A DNA stretch of 36,843 bases from a virus. The stretch lies in the UHGV virus genome UHGV-0207212. The stretch is one strand, 5' to 3'. Of the stretch, positions 17,807-26,511 are shown one piece after another (positions within the stretch are counted from its first letter, which is position 1; every line of letters begins with the position of its first letter). Under the pieces are notes generated by a model, which worked only from the letters and a program-made list of their open reading frames with translations, made no database searches and was not told the DNA's origin. Both the position numbers and the translations under genes were made by a program.

Positions 17807-18354
17807 TATTTCTTGCCCTCCACGACAAACTCAAGCGAGTTGATAAGGTCTCCGCCGTCAATAAGAGGCGTGTCGCTTCCCTTGAACTCAATTGTGTTGC
17901 TGCTGTTCGGGACGTTGGTCTTGTAGTAATCGCTCCGCACAAACTTCTGCACGGCTCCCACAGCCTTTGTCCCCAGTTTCGCCCAGTTGGCCTGTCCTTT
18001 CCTTGCGTTGTCGGTCTGTTTTTCAGCCTCTTTCAGAAGCTCCTCTTTTTCAGAGAGAAGCCCTTCCTCAATGAACGGACGCGGCGGAATATTCGCGCTT
18101 CCGAACGTCAGAATTTTCGCAAGCTCCGCGGTCTCAATCGCAGGCTCATTCTGGGGGTCGCCCCTGCCGTCAATTCCCACGTATTTTCCGCGTCTTTTCT
18201 CGTTCGGCTTCTCTGTGTCCGCCTTGTGAAGCGTCGGCACGTGCTGCCTTCCTGCCAGAAACCCGACCAGAACCTCCGTGTCAATGTCCGCCACAAAGTC
18301 CTGGATTTCCTTGGGGCTGGCGGTCTGCCTGCACTTGACCTTCACATCAAGCAT
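17806..18354 (-). CDS. Neck / virion morphogenesis protein
   Basis: FGSANIPPRPFI and KGSDTPLIDGGDLINSL motifs. Confidence 0.75.
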   Translation of the reverse strand: MLDVKVKCRQTASPKEIQDFVADIDTEVLVGFLAGRQHVPTLHKADTEKPNEKRRGKYVGIDGRGDPQNEPAIETAELAKILTFGSANIPPRPFIEEGLLSEKEELLKEAEKQTDNARKGQANWAKLGTKAVGAVQKFVRSDYYKTNVPNSSNTIEFKGSDTPLIDGGDLINSLEFVVEGKK

Positions 18355-18736
18355 AAATTCCCAGCCTTTCGGGCGCACCCTGGATCATTATCAGGGCTTT
18401 CTGTCCGAACACATTTGAGTTGAGCTGCTTTATCCCCTCCTGAGCGCCCATTCCCTCGAACGACAGGGAAGTGCCGCCTATGCTCTTTGAGCTTACTGCC
18501 ATTCCTCCGTTTCCAAGAACCCCGGACGCGCTCTGTGGCTTGGTGTCCAGAAGATACCACGCCACAAGAAGGTTCATGCAGAGCGTGCGCTTCTGCTCCC
18601 TTATTTCCGCAGAAAGGACTCCCCACAGGCCCAACACGCCGCTGAACATGACAGAAACAAGTCCGTACGCCGAGTTTATCTCGTCATCTGTAAGAGTTGG
18701 AAAATTTCCGGCGAACATAAAAGTGTTTCTTGTCAT
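18347..18736 (-). CDS. Head-tail adaptor (DUF4054-like)
   Basis: VSSKSIGGTSLSF and LNSNVFGQ motifs. Confidence 0.75.
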   Translation of the reverse strand: MTRNTFMFAGNFPTLTDDEINSAYGLVSVMFSGVLGLWGVLSAEIREQKRTLCMNLLVAWYLLDTKPQSASGVLGNGGMAVSSKSIGGTSLSFEGMGAQEGIKQLNSNVFGQKALIMIQGAPERLGIYA

Positions 18737-18745
18737 ACCTTTTCC

Positions 18746-19261
18746 TTATTCAGCCTTTTCAAGCTCTTCAATCAGGGCTGTTTTTTTCTGCGCAGGGTTT
18801 ATGCCCTTTGCCTTCGCCGCCTCCTGAAGCTCCTTGTATTCCATTGCGTTCCAGTCCTTTTCAGGGCTTTCAGCGCCGGCTTCATTCTGTTCTGAATTTT
18901 CATTGCCGGTATCGACATTTGTGTCGGCCGCTCCGTCCTGTTCTTTCGATTTCTCAATCTCTGCAAGCCGTGCTTTCAACTCCTCGTTCTCCGCGCGCAG
19001 CCTGTCAGCCTCGCTTTTTGCCGCGTTTATCTGCTCGTTCGCAGGCACGTAGCTTGCCGGAATTTTGTTCAGCACCCGGTACTTCTTGCCGTTCACAAGC
19101 TCGCGGAACAGCGGCTCTGAATTCTGGAGCTTCTCAAGCTCCGCGTCCGATACCTCCGTGATGTTCCGCATATCGCCCTGCGCAAGGCGCACCGGCACTG
19201 TCTTCCCGATTGATGAAAATGTTACAGGGTACTGATAAAAACTCTGAATGTATTTGCTCAT
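18746..19261 (-). CDS. Hypothetical protein with coiled coil and C-terminal Rho-N/HeH-like domain
   Basis: MEYKELQEAAKAKGI...KKTALIEEL; directly after the capsid gene. Confidence 0.65.
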   Translation of the reverse strand: MSKYIQSFYQYPVTFSSIGKTVPVRLAQGDMRNITEVSDAELEKLQNSEPLFRELVNGKKYRVLNKIPASYVPANEQINAAKSEADRLRAENEELKARLAEIEKSKEQDGAADTNVDTGNENSEQNEAGAESPEKDWNAMEYKELQEAAKAKGINPAQKKTALIEELEKAE

Positions 19262-19289
19262 TTTTCTTTTGTCCTTTTTTCAAAATAAT

Positions 19290-19316
19290 CAAGGACAGTT
19301 TTTTACACTGCCCTTG
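19290..19316 (-). terminator. Terminator-like hairpin after the major capsid gene
   Basis: CAAGGGCAGT/ACTGTCCTTG stem followed by ATTATTTT. Confidence 0.6.
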
Positions 19317-19326
19317 TTCCGTATTT

Positions 19327-20676
19327 CTACGCCTTCACGCCGAAGCCTGAATAGCACTTGACCGCCTGTCCGACCGGCGCGAATACTCCGGCGAACCTGC
19401 GGAGAACCGCATGCTGCTGGTCGTAGCTGTTCGGATATACAGGATATGTGAAGTTCTCCAAAGGAATACCAAGAAGAAGCAGGTCCTGTTTCTCGTCGTC
19501 TGTTCCCGCTCCGATTTCCGGCGCTGTGATAACCAGCTTGTCCGAGCCTGAATTGTCGAACCCGTTGCTTGCGGAAAGGAACGGGTCGGCGAAGAATTCC
19601 ACCTTAGGCTTGGAGCCGTTCTTTGTCACTCCAGCCTCGAAGTTCTCCTCGAAAATCTTCAGAGGCGACTTCGGCTCGTAGTTGTTGCTGTAAGGTGTCG
19701 ATGTGAGCACGTTGTATGCTTCCGGCGACATAGCCACGCGGACAACATCAAACTTGTTCTTGCTTGCGCCCATAAAGTCGGTGATTGCCTTTGCGAGCGT
19801 CTGGTACATCGTGTAGCCCTTGTTTGTGTCCGTTGTGTCAGCAAGGATTTCATTCAGCGTCTTTCCTGCCCAGGAGGTAAGGCCGTTCACGTCAAGAAGC
19901 CCGATTGTGTTCGTGTCCTCGTTTCCGTAGTAGGTCAGGTAGTCTGTAATCATGTCGATTACGTACTGTGCGTACCGCTGTTTTTCCGCCATGAGCGAGC
20001 CTGCGAACGGAGAGCCGTTGTCGCCCTTGGCTCTTTCCATTTCCTCAACAGTGAAGTTGAAGAACACCTTGATGTTGATAATCGGCGCGCTCATGATTCC
20101 CGACTGCACGTTCACGTTCCGCTTCATGTTCGTGGCCACAGTTCCGCTCTCGCCGATAAGTCCCCAGCCGCTGTAAGCCGCGAGCTGGAGGTTCTGGACC
20201 TCTCCCCACGGATTTGTTCCGCCGAGCCTTTTCACAAGGTCGCGGGCGTGGCTGTAGAGAAGCGGCTGCTTGAAAAGTTCCGGGAAGTACGAGGCGTTCC
20301 ACGGCGAGATTGTCTGCATAGAGATAAGCTCGCCCGAATCGCCTACGAAGTTCTGGATTCCGCTCTTTGAGCATACGACATCGTATTTTCCTGTGCGGAT
20401 GTTGAATCTCGGCTTCATATTGACCGCGAGAGGGTTTTTCTTGTAGAGAGCCTCTATCTCCGCGCTGTTTCCAATAACAGAGCCGAGTACCTCATGGTCG
20501 CCCACATAAATCGGGCTGTTCACCGCGCTTGCAGGCACGCCATATTCAGGGTCGCTTGCGCGTCCAATCTGCAACGTGGCGTCACGGAGCAGGTCGCTGG
20601 CCTTTCCGTTTGCCGACGCAAGGCGGTTTGCGATTTTTCCCACCTTTTTAAATTCCGAAGAGCAGTTAATTTTCAT
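19327..20676 (-). CDS. Major capsid protein (DUF2184-like)
   Basis: YYGNEDTNTIGLL motif, RFAGVF end, size and synteny. Confidence 0.8.
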   Translation of the reverse strand: MKINCSSEFKKVGKIANRLASANGKASDLLRDATLQIGRASDPEYGVPASAVNSPIYVGDHEVLGSVIGNSAEIEALYKKNPLAVNMKPRFNIRTGKYDVVCSKSGIQNFVGDSGELISMQTISPWNASYFPELFKQPLLYSHARDLVKRLGGTNPWGEVQNLQLAAYSGWGLIGESGTVATNMKRNVNVQSGIMSAPIINIKVFFNFTVEEMERAKGDNGSPFAGSLMAEKQRYAQYVIDMITDYLTYYGNEDTNTIGLLDVNGLTSWAGKTLNEILADTTDTNKGYTMYQTLAKAITDFMGASKNKFDVVRVAMSPEAYNVLTSTPYSNNYEPKSPLKIFEENFEAGVTKNGSKPKVEFFADPFLSASNGFDNSGSDKLVITAPEIGAGTDDEKQDLLLLGIPLENFTYPVYPNSYDQQHAVLRRFAGVFAPVGQAVKCYSGFGVKA

Positions 20677-20691
20677 CTGTCTTTTTCTCCT

Positions 20692-21201
20692 TTAATCCAA
20701 ATAGAGCAGAGCGCCCTGTTCTGTTACGCTGCGCACGCTTGCGCCTGCAAGGACTTCATAGCCTTCGCCAGCGTCCGCGCTTGAGGCGATGAACTCGATT
20801 GCGCCGGTCGCTGTGCTGCACACAACCTTGCAGCCGATTTTCGGGTCGATTGCGCCTGTTCCTGTCTTGGTCCAGCCCTCAAGCCACACAAAGCCGTGGT
20901 TTACAGCCGCGCACGGAAAACCGGCAAGGTAGCGGTCCGGGTGAGCCGGTGCGTTCTGTGCCACAGCGTCGTCGAATACAACAATGCCGCGCACAATGTC
21001 CGTGCTTACCGCGTGTCCCGCCTTGAGGATTTCCGGGCTATCCGGGTCTGACGAGCAGACAACGCCGAATTTAAGACCGTTTGTAAGGCTGTCATCCACA
21101 ATTCCGCCGAGCTTGAGATAGCCTTCCTGGAGCGGCATTACCTGCGCGTTCAGCTTCAGCTGTCCTTTAAATCCGATTTCCAATGAAAGATTTGAATCCA
21201 T
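20692..21201 (-). CDS. Head decoration / cement protein
   Basis: GLKFGVV pattern; located between scaffold and capsid. Confidence 0.65.
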   Translation of the reverse strand: MDSNLSLEIGFKGQLKLNAQVMPLQEGYLKLGGIVDDSLTNGLKFGVVCSSDPDSPEILKAGHAVSTDIVRGIVVFDDAVAQNAPAHPDRYLAGFPCAAVNHGFVWLEGWTKTGTGAIDPKIGCKVVCSTATGAIEFIASSADAGEGYEVLAGASVRSVTEQGALLYLD

Positions 21202-21202
21202 T

Positions 21203-21868
21203 CTATCTTCCTCCCTGTTTGATTCTTGCGAACATCGCGCCTATGCTTCCCTCGCTTGGAGCGCCTCCGTTCATTGTCACAGGAATATGCGGAGCGTGGT
21301 CTGTTACCGTCTCCGTTTCTTCCTCTTCTTTTTCCTTTTCTTCTGTCTTTTCGCCGGAATCCTCCGCAAGACGCTTCTTGATGAACTGGTAGATTTCCTC
21401 AAGGGTGTACTGCGCGTTGCTTTTTTCTGAATCCGGTTCGGTTGTTTCTTCGCCGTCAGCGTCCTTTGTCTGCGTCTCAGGCTCCTGTGTCGCTCCGTCC
21501 TTTTGTTCCGCCGGAGGTGTTTCTGTCTCCTTCACGGCGGTTTCCGGTACGTCCTTCATCGCCTCAGTGTCCAGCTTCTCGAAAAGGTCGGCCACCATTT
21601 TTGCGGCTTCATTCGCGGTCGCTCCGTCCTGTTCCTTGACGCTCTTGAAGTCCTCAAGGAATCTATCGAGCTTTCCCTTGTCGTCCGATTCCGGCAGGTC
21701 CGCGCTCATTGCCTTTAGCTCCTCAACCTTTCCGTTGATTTCATCGTCTGAAAGGGAATCCTTTTTCTCCACAAGCTCCGTGATTTTATCCCGAAACGCT
21801 CCCATGTCCGTGTCTGTGGTCTGCACCCTTTTGCGTGCGAGCCTGAACAGTCCTGTAAGAAGTTTCAT
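21203..21868 (-). CDS. Capsid scaffolding protein
   Basis: Highly acidic helical protein upstream of decoration/capsid; AGGAG RBS. Confidence 0.7.
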   Translation of the reverse strand: MKLLTGLFRLARKRVQTTDTDMGAFRDKITELVEKKDSLSDDEINGKVEELKAMSADLPESDDKGKLDRFLEDFKSVKEQDGATANEAAKMVADLFEKLDTEAMKDVPETAVKETETPPAEQKDGATQEPETQTKDADGEETTEPDSEKSNAQYTLEEIYQFIKKRLAEDSGEKTEEKEKEEEETETVTDHAPHIPVTMNGGAPSEGSIGAMFARIKQGGR

Positions 21869-21881
21869 TCTCTTTTTTCTC

Positions 21882-22214
21882 CTATGCCTTTTTACTGTCA
21901 AAAACAAGACCAAAAATAACGCTTAGAAGCGCCAGCACAAGTCCGCTGATTTCCTTGAAGATTGCCTGCTGCAAGCCTCCGATACAGCACAGGACACCGC
22001 CGACCACTGCAAGCGCAATCACCACGACGGTCTTCCAGCTGAACGCGTTCTTTTCCTTCGCCTGCCTGACGGCGGAGATTACCACCGCGCACAATGCGAA
22101 CGAGGCGAGTGCAATCTCGATGACCGCCGCAGCCCCGAACTGCGCGAAATTTCCCACGACAACGGCGGACGCAAAAAGAAGCGCGCCTATTACCGCAATG
22201 ATTTTATTGTTCAT
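21882..22214 (-). CDS. Small multi-pass membrane protein
   Basis: About four hydrophobic segments; AGGAGG RBS. Confidence 0.7.
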   Translation of the reverse strand: MNNKIIAVIGALLFASAVVVGNFAQFGAAAVIEIALASFALCAVVISAVRQAKEKNAFSWKTVVVIALAVVGGVLCCIGGLQQAIFKEISGLVLALLSVIFGLVFDSKKA

Positions 22215-22231
22215 TCTGAACCTCCTGTTTA

Positions 22232-22241
22232 TATAGTCTTT
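22232..22241 (-). promoter_or_regulatory. Late promoter motif for the membrane protein/scaffold/capsid operon
   Basis: AAAGACTATA-5 nt-AGGAGG. Confidence 0.7.
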
Positions 22242-22280
22242 TTGGGATTTCTGATTTCTTCCCATAATTCCGCGATTGAT

Positions 22281-22309
22281 TTGACTTTCCGCTCCTCGTA
22301 GTGTAAGAT
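22281..22309 (+). promoter_or_regulatory. Antisense sigma70 promoter 1
   Basis: TTGACT-17 nt-TAAGAT. Confidence 0.7.
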
Positions 22310-22317
22310 TGCTTCAT

Positions 22318-22411
22318 AGACACCTTGAAGATCAGAATTTAGGCCAGCTGACCGGTCTCCGTCCTTGACGCCCGTTATGCGGGATTGGTCTCCCGCCGGG
22401 GTGTCTTTTTT
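22318..22411 (+). ncRNA. Candidate tRNA-shaped antisense small RNA
   Basis: 10-bp closing stem (22318-22327 / 22397-22406), three internal hairpins and a T-run, directly after the promoter. Confidence 0.6.
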
Positions 22412-22999
22412 ATTTAATGAATCCGCTTTTTTCATCTGTCTGAAACTTTTTTCACGGATTCTCCGCCAATCAACGACTTCTGCATATTTTTTATTATTGT
22501 CTGTGTCTATTGTTGCAACGTCATAGTACTCTCCTGACTTTACGACTGCGTAATAGTTCGGCTTTTCCTTTGGCTTGCACAAAAGCACTTGGTCATTGCC
22601 ATAAAGGGCGTTGCTTATGATTTCCTTGTCTTTTCCTAGAAATTCCTTATGTCTGCCTGTATTGCGTTCGATTATATTTTTTTTCAAAAGAACAGGGCGG
22701 CTGTCTCCCACCTTTTCTTTCCACGCCCTTGTGCTTATTCCCGGCAGCTTGAAACTGTGCGTCGGTTCTCTGAATTCCTTATCCGGGATGTCGTCAACAC
22801 TCTTTATCTCTTTTATAGGCGCACCAGCCTTATCTTTATCTTTGCTTCCGCATAACTGGCGGCGCGTTTAGACCGTGCCGTTCGCAAGTCGGACTTCCAC
22901 GTCCCTGTATTCCTTTGCGTCCGTAACGTAGCCGTATCTTTTCACGCTCTCGAACATTGCCGCTATGCTCATTCTTTAAATTCTCCTTGTTCCTTTTAC

Positions 23000-24193
23000 T
23001 CAAGAAAATAATTCAAGTTGTTTCCATTCTTTTTTCTTTACGCTGAAAATGCCTTTTTTAATCTGCGTCTTCGGAACAAAAATTCCTTCCTCGCGAAATA
23101 AATTTGAACCGCCGGATAAAAGGCTTCTTTTTTTTATAAAGTCTATTCTTTCAAACCTTGCCGCCGGCATCGCATATTCGCTTATAATTACAGGCTCGCT
23201 TTGCTTTTCCGCCCAGTCATAGAAACTTTCATGGTCGAATCCGCCGTCTGAATATTCCGCCGTATTTTTATACGGAATATCGCAATAAATCAAAGAATCC
23301 GGCTTAATCTTGACGCTCCTGTAGTCGCCCCGGAATTTTTCCAGCCTTTGCAGACTTTGCAGCCTTTGCAGCCTTTGCAGACTTTCCAGACTTTGCAGCC
23401 TTTGCAGCCTTTGCAGCCTTTCATATAAAGATTGAAGACCATAAATTTCATCGTAGTTTTCTGGAAGATACAAAAGCGACTGCAATTTTATATACACTTC
23501 TCGTGTCGGAAACGCCCACTGGCTTCTTCCGAAGTAATGTTCTGCCATTCCGTTAGTGCCAAGATAGCGGTCAACTTCCTCCCTCGTCTTTCCGGCTTTT
23601 CTCAAACCCTCCAGCAGATAGGCGCGGAGCTTCTCCGAATTGTCCTTGATTTTTATCTCAAGGTTACTGCGCAGTCTTTCATACTCCGCCGGACTTTTCA
23701 GAACGTTTTTTAAATACCATCTGATATATTTTTCCTTGTATTCCGCGGCGTTCTTTTTTATGTCAATACTTGTGCCGTCTGTCCTTATGCCGAATTCTTC
23801 CATAAGGGAAAAGTCGCCGTAAACGCGCGCATAGTGCAGGGCTTTTTTCCACGGCTCAATTTCCTTTGAATAAAGATAATTGCGGCCTTTATTCCCGAAG
23901 CTCCAGCAAATGCGAACATACTCGTCATTGTCTTTTAGCGCAAAAAAATCCTTGCGGCTTATCCAGCGTTTTTCAGCGGCATATTTTCCACTGATTGCGT
24001 CCGTGAAAAGCTCCGTCATCTTCGAGATGTCATTTATTGTGAATGTCTTAAACTTGCTTTTCAGCATTGCGCAGTGGGTTACCGCGCATCCGCCGGCAAA
24101 CAAATCATAAAAATGATTTTTTTCGGGAAAATGCCCGACCACCCATTCGGCTATCTTGTTCTTGCTTCCCATATAGGGCAATCCGTAGTTCAT
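23000..24193 (-). CDS. DNA adenine methyltransferase (Dam/D12-like)
   Basis: LPYMGSK, YDLFAGGCAV and IYCDIPY motifs. Confidence 0.88.
   Translation of the reverse strand: MNYGLPYMGSKNKIAEWVVGHFPEKNHFYDLFAGGCAVTHCAMLKSKFKTFTINDISKMTELFTDAISGKYAAEKRWISRKDFFALKDNDEYVRICWSFGNKGRNYLYSKEIEPWKKALHYARVYGDFSLMEEFGIRTDGTSIDIKKNAAEYKEKYIRWYLKNVLKSPAEYERLRSNLEIKIKDNSEKLRAYLLEGLRKAGKTREEVDRYLGTNGMAEHYFGRSQWAFPTREVYIKLQSLLYLPENYDEIYGLQSLYERLQRLQRLQSLESLQRLQRLQSLQRLEKFRGDYRSVKIKPDSLIYCDIPYKNTAEYSDGGFDHESFYDWAEKQSEPVIISEYAMPAARFERIDFIKKRSLLSGGSNLFREEGIFVPKTQIKKGIFSVKKKEWKQLELFS
23342..23422. repeat. 9-bp tandem repeat x9 (CAGMCTTTS) encoding LQR/LQS
   Basis: Direct reading of the sequence. Confidence 0.9.
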
Positions 24194-24198
24194 ACAGA

Positions 24199-24208
24199 TA
24201 TAGTCTTT
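24199..24208 (-). promoter_or_regulatory. Late promoter motif
   Basis: AAAGACTATA 5 nt before the ATG at 24193. Confidence 0.75.
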
Positions 24209-24228
24209 TGCGCATAAAATTAGAAATC

Positions 24229-24258
24229 TTGACAAATACGTATAATACGCATTATTAT
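24229..24258 (+). promoter_or_regulatory. hicAB sigma70 promoter (leaderless)
   Basis: TTGACA-18 nt-TATTAT, 6 nt before the ATG; repeated AATACG in the spacer is a possible operator. Confidence 0.7.
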
Positions 24259-24264
24259 ATAAAT

Positions 24265-24441
24265 ATGAAAGACAAGGAGCTTTTAAGACTTTTACAGAAA
24301 AGTGGCTGGAAAATTGACAGAATCAACGGCAGCCACTACATCTTAGTAAAAGACAATCAGACGGTTTCTTTGCCGATACACGGCAAGGATATGAAAAAGG
24401 GCTTAGAAACCGCAATGCTAAAGAAAGCGGGCCTAAAGTAA
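24265..24441 (+). CDS. hicA: HicA toxin
   Basis: GWKIDRINGSH...LPIHGKDM...LKKAGL. Confidence 0.93.
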   Translation: MKDKELLRLLQKSGWKIDRINGSHYILVKDNQTVSLPIHGKDMKKGLETAMLKKAGLK

Positions 24442-24480
24442 AAGCAAATACGGGCGCAAGCCCGCAAGGAGTATAGATTT

Positions 24481-24867
24481 ATGAATATTGTTTATCCGGC
24501 AATCTGCCACTTTGAAGACGACGGCTACTGGTGTGAATTTCCCGATTTGAACGGCTGTTTCTCTCAAGGCGATACAGAACTGGAGATTGTGGAAAACGCA
24601 AAAGAAGCTCTTGAAGGGTATGCTGTTTCAGTTCTTGAAAAAGGCGGACCGCTTCCAAAGGCAAGCAGAATTACGGACATAAAGACTTCCGGAAAAGACT
24701 TTGCGACATACATAGAATGTGATGTTTCAAGCACTGGAAAAAGCGTCCGCAAGAATGTTACTCTTCCTGAATGGCTCTGCAAACGTGCTGAAAAAGCGTC
24801 CGTCAATTTCAGCCAGACCTTGCAGGAAGCCTTGATAAACAAAATCGGACTTCCTTCAATTGGCTAG
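24481..24867 (+). CDS. hicB: HicB antitoxin
   Basis: YWCEFPDLNGCFSQGDT...AKEAL; RKNVTLPEWL...NFSQTLQEAL. Confidence 0.93.
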   Translation: MNIVYPAICHFEDDGYWCEFPDLNGCFSQGDTELEIVENAKEALEGYAVSVLEKGGPLPKASRITDIKTSGKDFATYIECDVSSTGKSVRKNVTLPEWLCKRAEKASVNFSQTLQEALINKIGLPSIG

Positions 24868-24878
24868 CGTTGTCTTGT

Positions 24879-24906
24879 CCTGCCTGTTTTTTAGGCAGGC
24901 TTTTTT
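24879..24906 (+). terminator. hicAB terminator
   Basis: CCTGCCT/AGGCAGG stem plus T-run. Confidence 0.7.
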
Positions 24907-25102
24907 ATTTTTTTTCCGTTTGTTTTTTCTCCGCCTTGAACGGCACGCACTCATCGCAGAAGAAATGCGGCGGATTTGTGAACGGCATTATGTGGACTGC
25001 CTGTTTTCCGCATTTCTCTCTGCTAAGAAATTCCGCCAGACTGTTCAATGACTTCTGGAACTTCTTCATAGTTTTTGATTCTTTCATTCGCGAATCTCCC
25101 AT
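24905..25102 (-). CDS. Small hypothetical protein with CxxC pairs
   Basis: ORF overlapping the upstream small gene; start uncertain. Confidence 0.4.
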   Translation of the reverse strand: MGDSRMKESKTMKKFQKSLNSLAEFLSREKCGKQAVHIMPFTNPPHFFCDECVPFKAEKKQTEKK

Positions 25103-25296
25103 TTATCATAATTATTGCAGACATTGCAAGGTTCTCTTAATTCGTCTTTATTCAAGTCCAGGACTTCCATTTCTAGGACTTTTAGACGGTGCTTGCAGTT
25201 TTCGCAGCACTTCATTTTTTCAATTTGAGCTTTCAAAGCTTTAATTTCTTTTTTAAGCTCAAATTCTTTGTTACGTTCCTGGTCCCCTAAGGTCAT
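25084..25296 (-). CDS. Small hypothetical coiled-coil/Cys protein
   Basis: AAGGAG RBS; LKAQIEKMKCCENC. Confidence 0.6.
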   Translation of the reverse strand: MTLGDQERNKEFELKKEIKALKAQIEKMKCCENCKHRLKVLEMEVLDLNKDELREPCNVCNNYDKWEIRE

Positions 25297-25301
25297 TCTT
25301 T

Positions 25302-26492
25302 TTATCTCCTTACTCTGTCAAATACGCTTCCTGCCGCAATCTCAAAAACTGATTTGACTTTCGGGGCGGTATCGATTATATTTAAGGAAACAACGCGAGT
25401 TGTATCGGCTACACGTTCATCGTGTACAGTGCCGTCGTCGCTGGCTGTCTCCCTGAGAACGCCAGCTTTTTTTATTTTTGATAAAATCTGTGGTTCTCTT
25501 TCCTCGTGTGTGCTTATCGAAATATTCAGCCCAGCTCTTTTTATAACAACCGACATTATGTTTTTCTGTTTATCATTCTGAATGAATGATTTTACATACA
25601 ATGTTGTCCCGCCTTTTTCTTCTGCAATAAAACAAGGATTTGCTAGCGTGTCGTGAATCGCACCTATAAGGTTCTGTCGGTTCTTGCTCTTGAGTTTTTC
25701 AAACTGATTCTCGCCGAGTTTTACTTTTCCCATTGGAGTTTCAATCGGACTTCCTAAATATTTCTTATAGTTTTCTTCATTGAATTCTACTACAGGAAAT
25801 TCAACGGCATTTGTTTTAAGCAGATTGTGAAGATGTGTTTTTTCTTTTTCATCCAGTCCGTCATCTTCTTTCTTCACGTGGTCTTTGCTCGCGTTGTCGT
25901 TTCCTTTCGGCGCACCGTCCTTTGTCCGTGCCAGCTCGAACACGCTGGGCTCCCTGCTTGCTCCGTCCATTACAACCGCGTATTCTCCGCCGCGTCCTGC
26001 CGGAAGAAGCGCGAGGTGGTTCACGTCCGTTATCTCTTTCATCACAATGTCGTATTCCTGTCCGTCCGGGGCTTTTCCTTTCTGCCACTCAAAAGACGCC
26101 ACATATCCCGGGCTAAGCTGTATCTCGCCGCGCTCGTATGCGTTCAGAGCCTCGTCATCGTAAATCATCACCGTTGAGCGTATTCCCACCTCGTCCGTGT
26201 CCTTTATCCAGTCGATGAACGGATTCTCCCCGGTGTAGCCCACAGCCAGTTTTCTAAAATTCTGCCCGTCAACTGGCGTGTTCGGGTGGTGGTGCGTAAG
26301 GGGAAGCATTTTGAACTTGTCGCACGCCGCCGCAAGCACAAAAGCCGGACGGTAGATTTTGTAGATCTGCTTTTTCTCCGCCCAGTCCGGCGAGCCCTGC
26401 CCCGGAAGCGGAAGCCTCAGGGTCGGGATTTCCTCAAGCGCATAGTCATATATTCCGCTCACCGCGATTCTTATGTTCTTCAGTTCTGCCAT
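25302..26492 (-). CDS. Prohead protease (DUF2213-like) with C-terminal PBECR-like nuclease domain
   Basis: PLTHHHP, QLSPGY and NHLALLPAGRGG; C-terminal ETPMGKVKLGENQFEKL...TLANP...LYVKSF. Confidence 0.85.
   Translation of the reverse strand: MAELKNIRIAVSGIYDYALEEIPTLRLPLPGQGSPDWAEKKQIYKIYRPAFVLAAACDKFKMLPLTHHHPNTPVDGQNFRKLAVGYTGENPFIDWIKDTDEVGIRSTVMIYDDEALNAYERGEIQLSPGYVASFEWQKGKAPDGQEYDIVMKEITDVNHLALLPAGRGGEYAVVMDGASREPSVFELARTKDGAPKGNDNASKDHVKKEDDGLDEKEKTHLHNLLKTNAVEFPVVEFNEENYKKYLGSPIETPMGKVKLGENQFEKLKSKNRQNLIGAIHDTLANPCFIAEEKGGTTLYVKSFIQNDKQKNIMSVVIKRAGLNISISTHEEREPQILSKIKKAGVLRETASDDGTVHDERVADTTRVVSLNIIDTAPKVKSVFEIAAGSVFDRVRR
25354..25382 (+). promoter_or_regulatory. Antisense sigma70 promoter 2
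   Basis: TTGACT-17 nt-TATATT. Confidence 0.75.
25389..25473 (+). ncRNA. Candidate antisense small RNA
   Basis: ACAAC-GCGA-GTTGT GNRA hairpin, TACACG/CGTGTA hairpin, GCTGGC/GCCAGC terminator plus T7. Confidence 0.6.
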
Positions 26493-26497
26493 ACCCT

Positions 26498-26507
26498 TAT
26501 AGTCTTT
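26498..26507 (-). promoter_or_regulatory. Late promoter motif
   Basis: AAAGACTATA 5 nt before the ATG at 26492. Confidence 0.75.
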
Positions 26508-26511
26508 CTGG

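Larger units (their letters stand above)
22229..22972 (-). pseudogene. Putative BECR-fold nuclease head-cargo gene with one in-frame TAA
   Basis: RBS and ATG at 22972, TAA at 22868-22870, then the same frame stays open to 22229; the domain call is by pattern only. Confidence 0.6.

Noticed and set aside
22318..22411. Canonical tRNA gene
   Set aside because: No TTCRA T-loop, no clear D-arm or 7-nt anticodon loop, and no CCA; kept only as tRNA-like
22868..22870. Genome-wide stop-codon reassignment
   Set aside because: TAA terminates many intact genes normally; this is an isolated internal stop
23342..23422. ON/OFF phase variation of the adenine MTase
   Set aside because: The unit is 9 bp, so copy-number changes keep the frame
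24208..24235. Second dif-like site (TTTGCGCATAA)
   Set aside because: Only the XerC-like arm matches; the other arm is the hicAB -35 region
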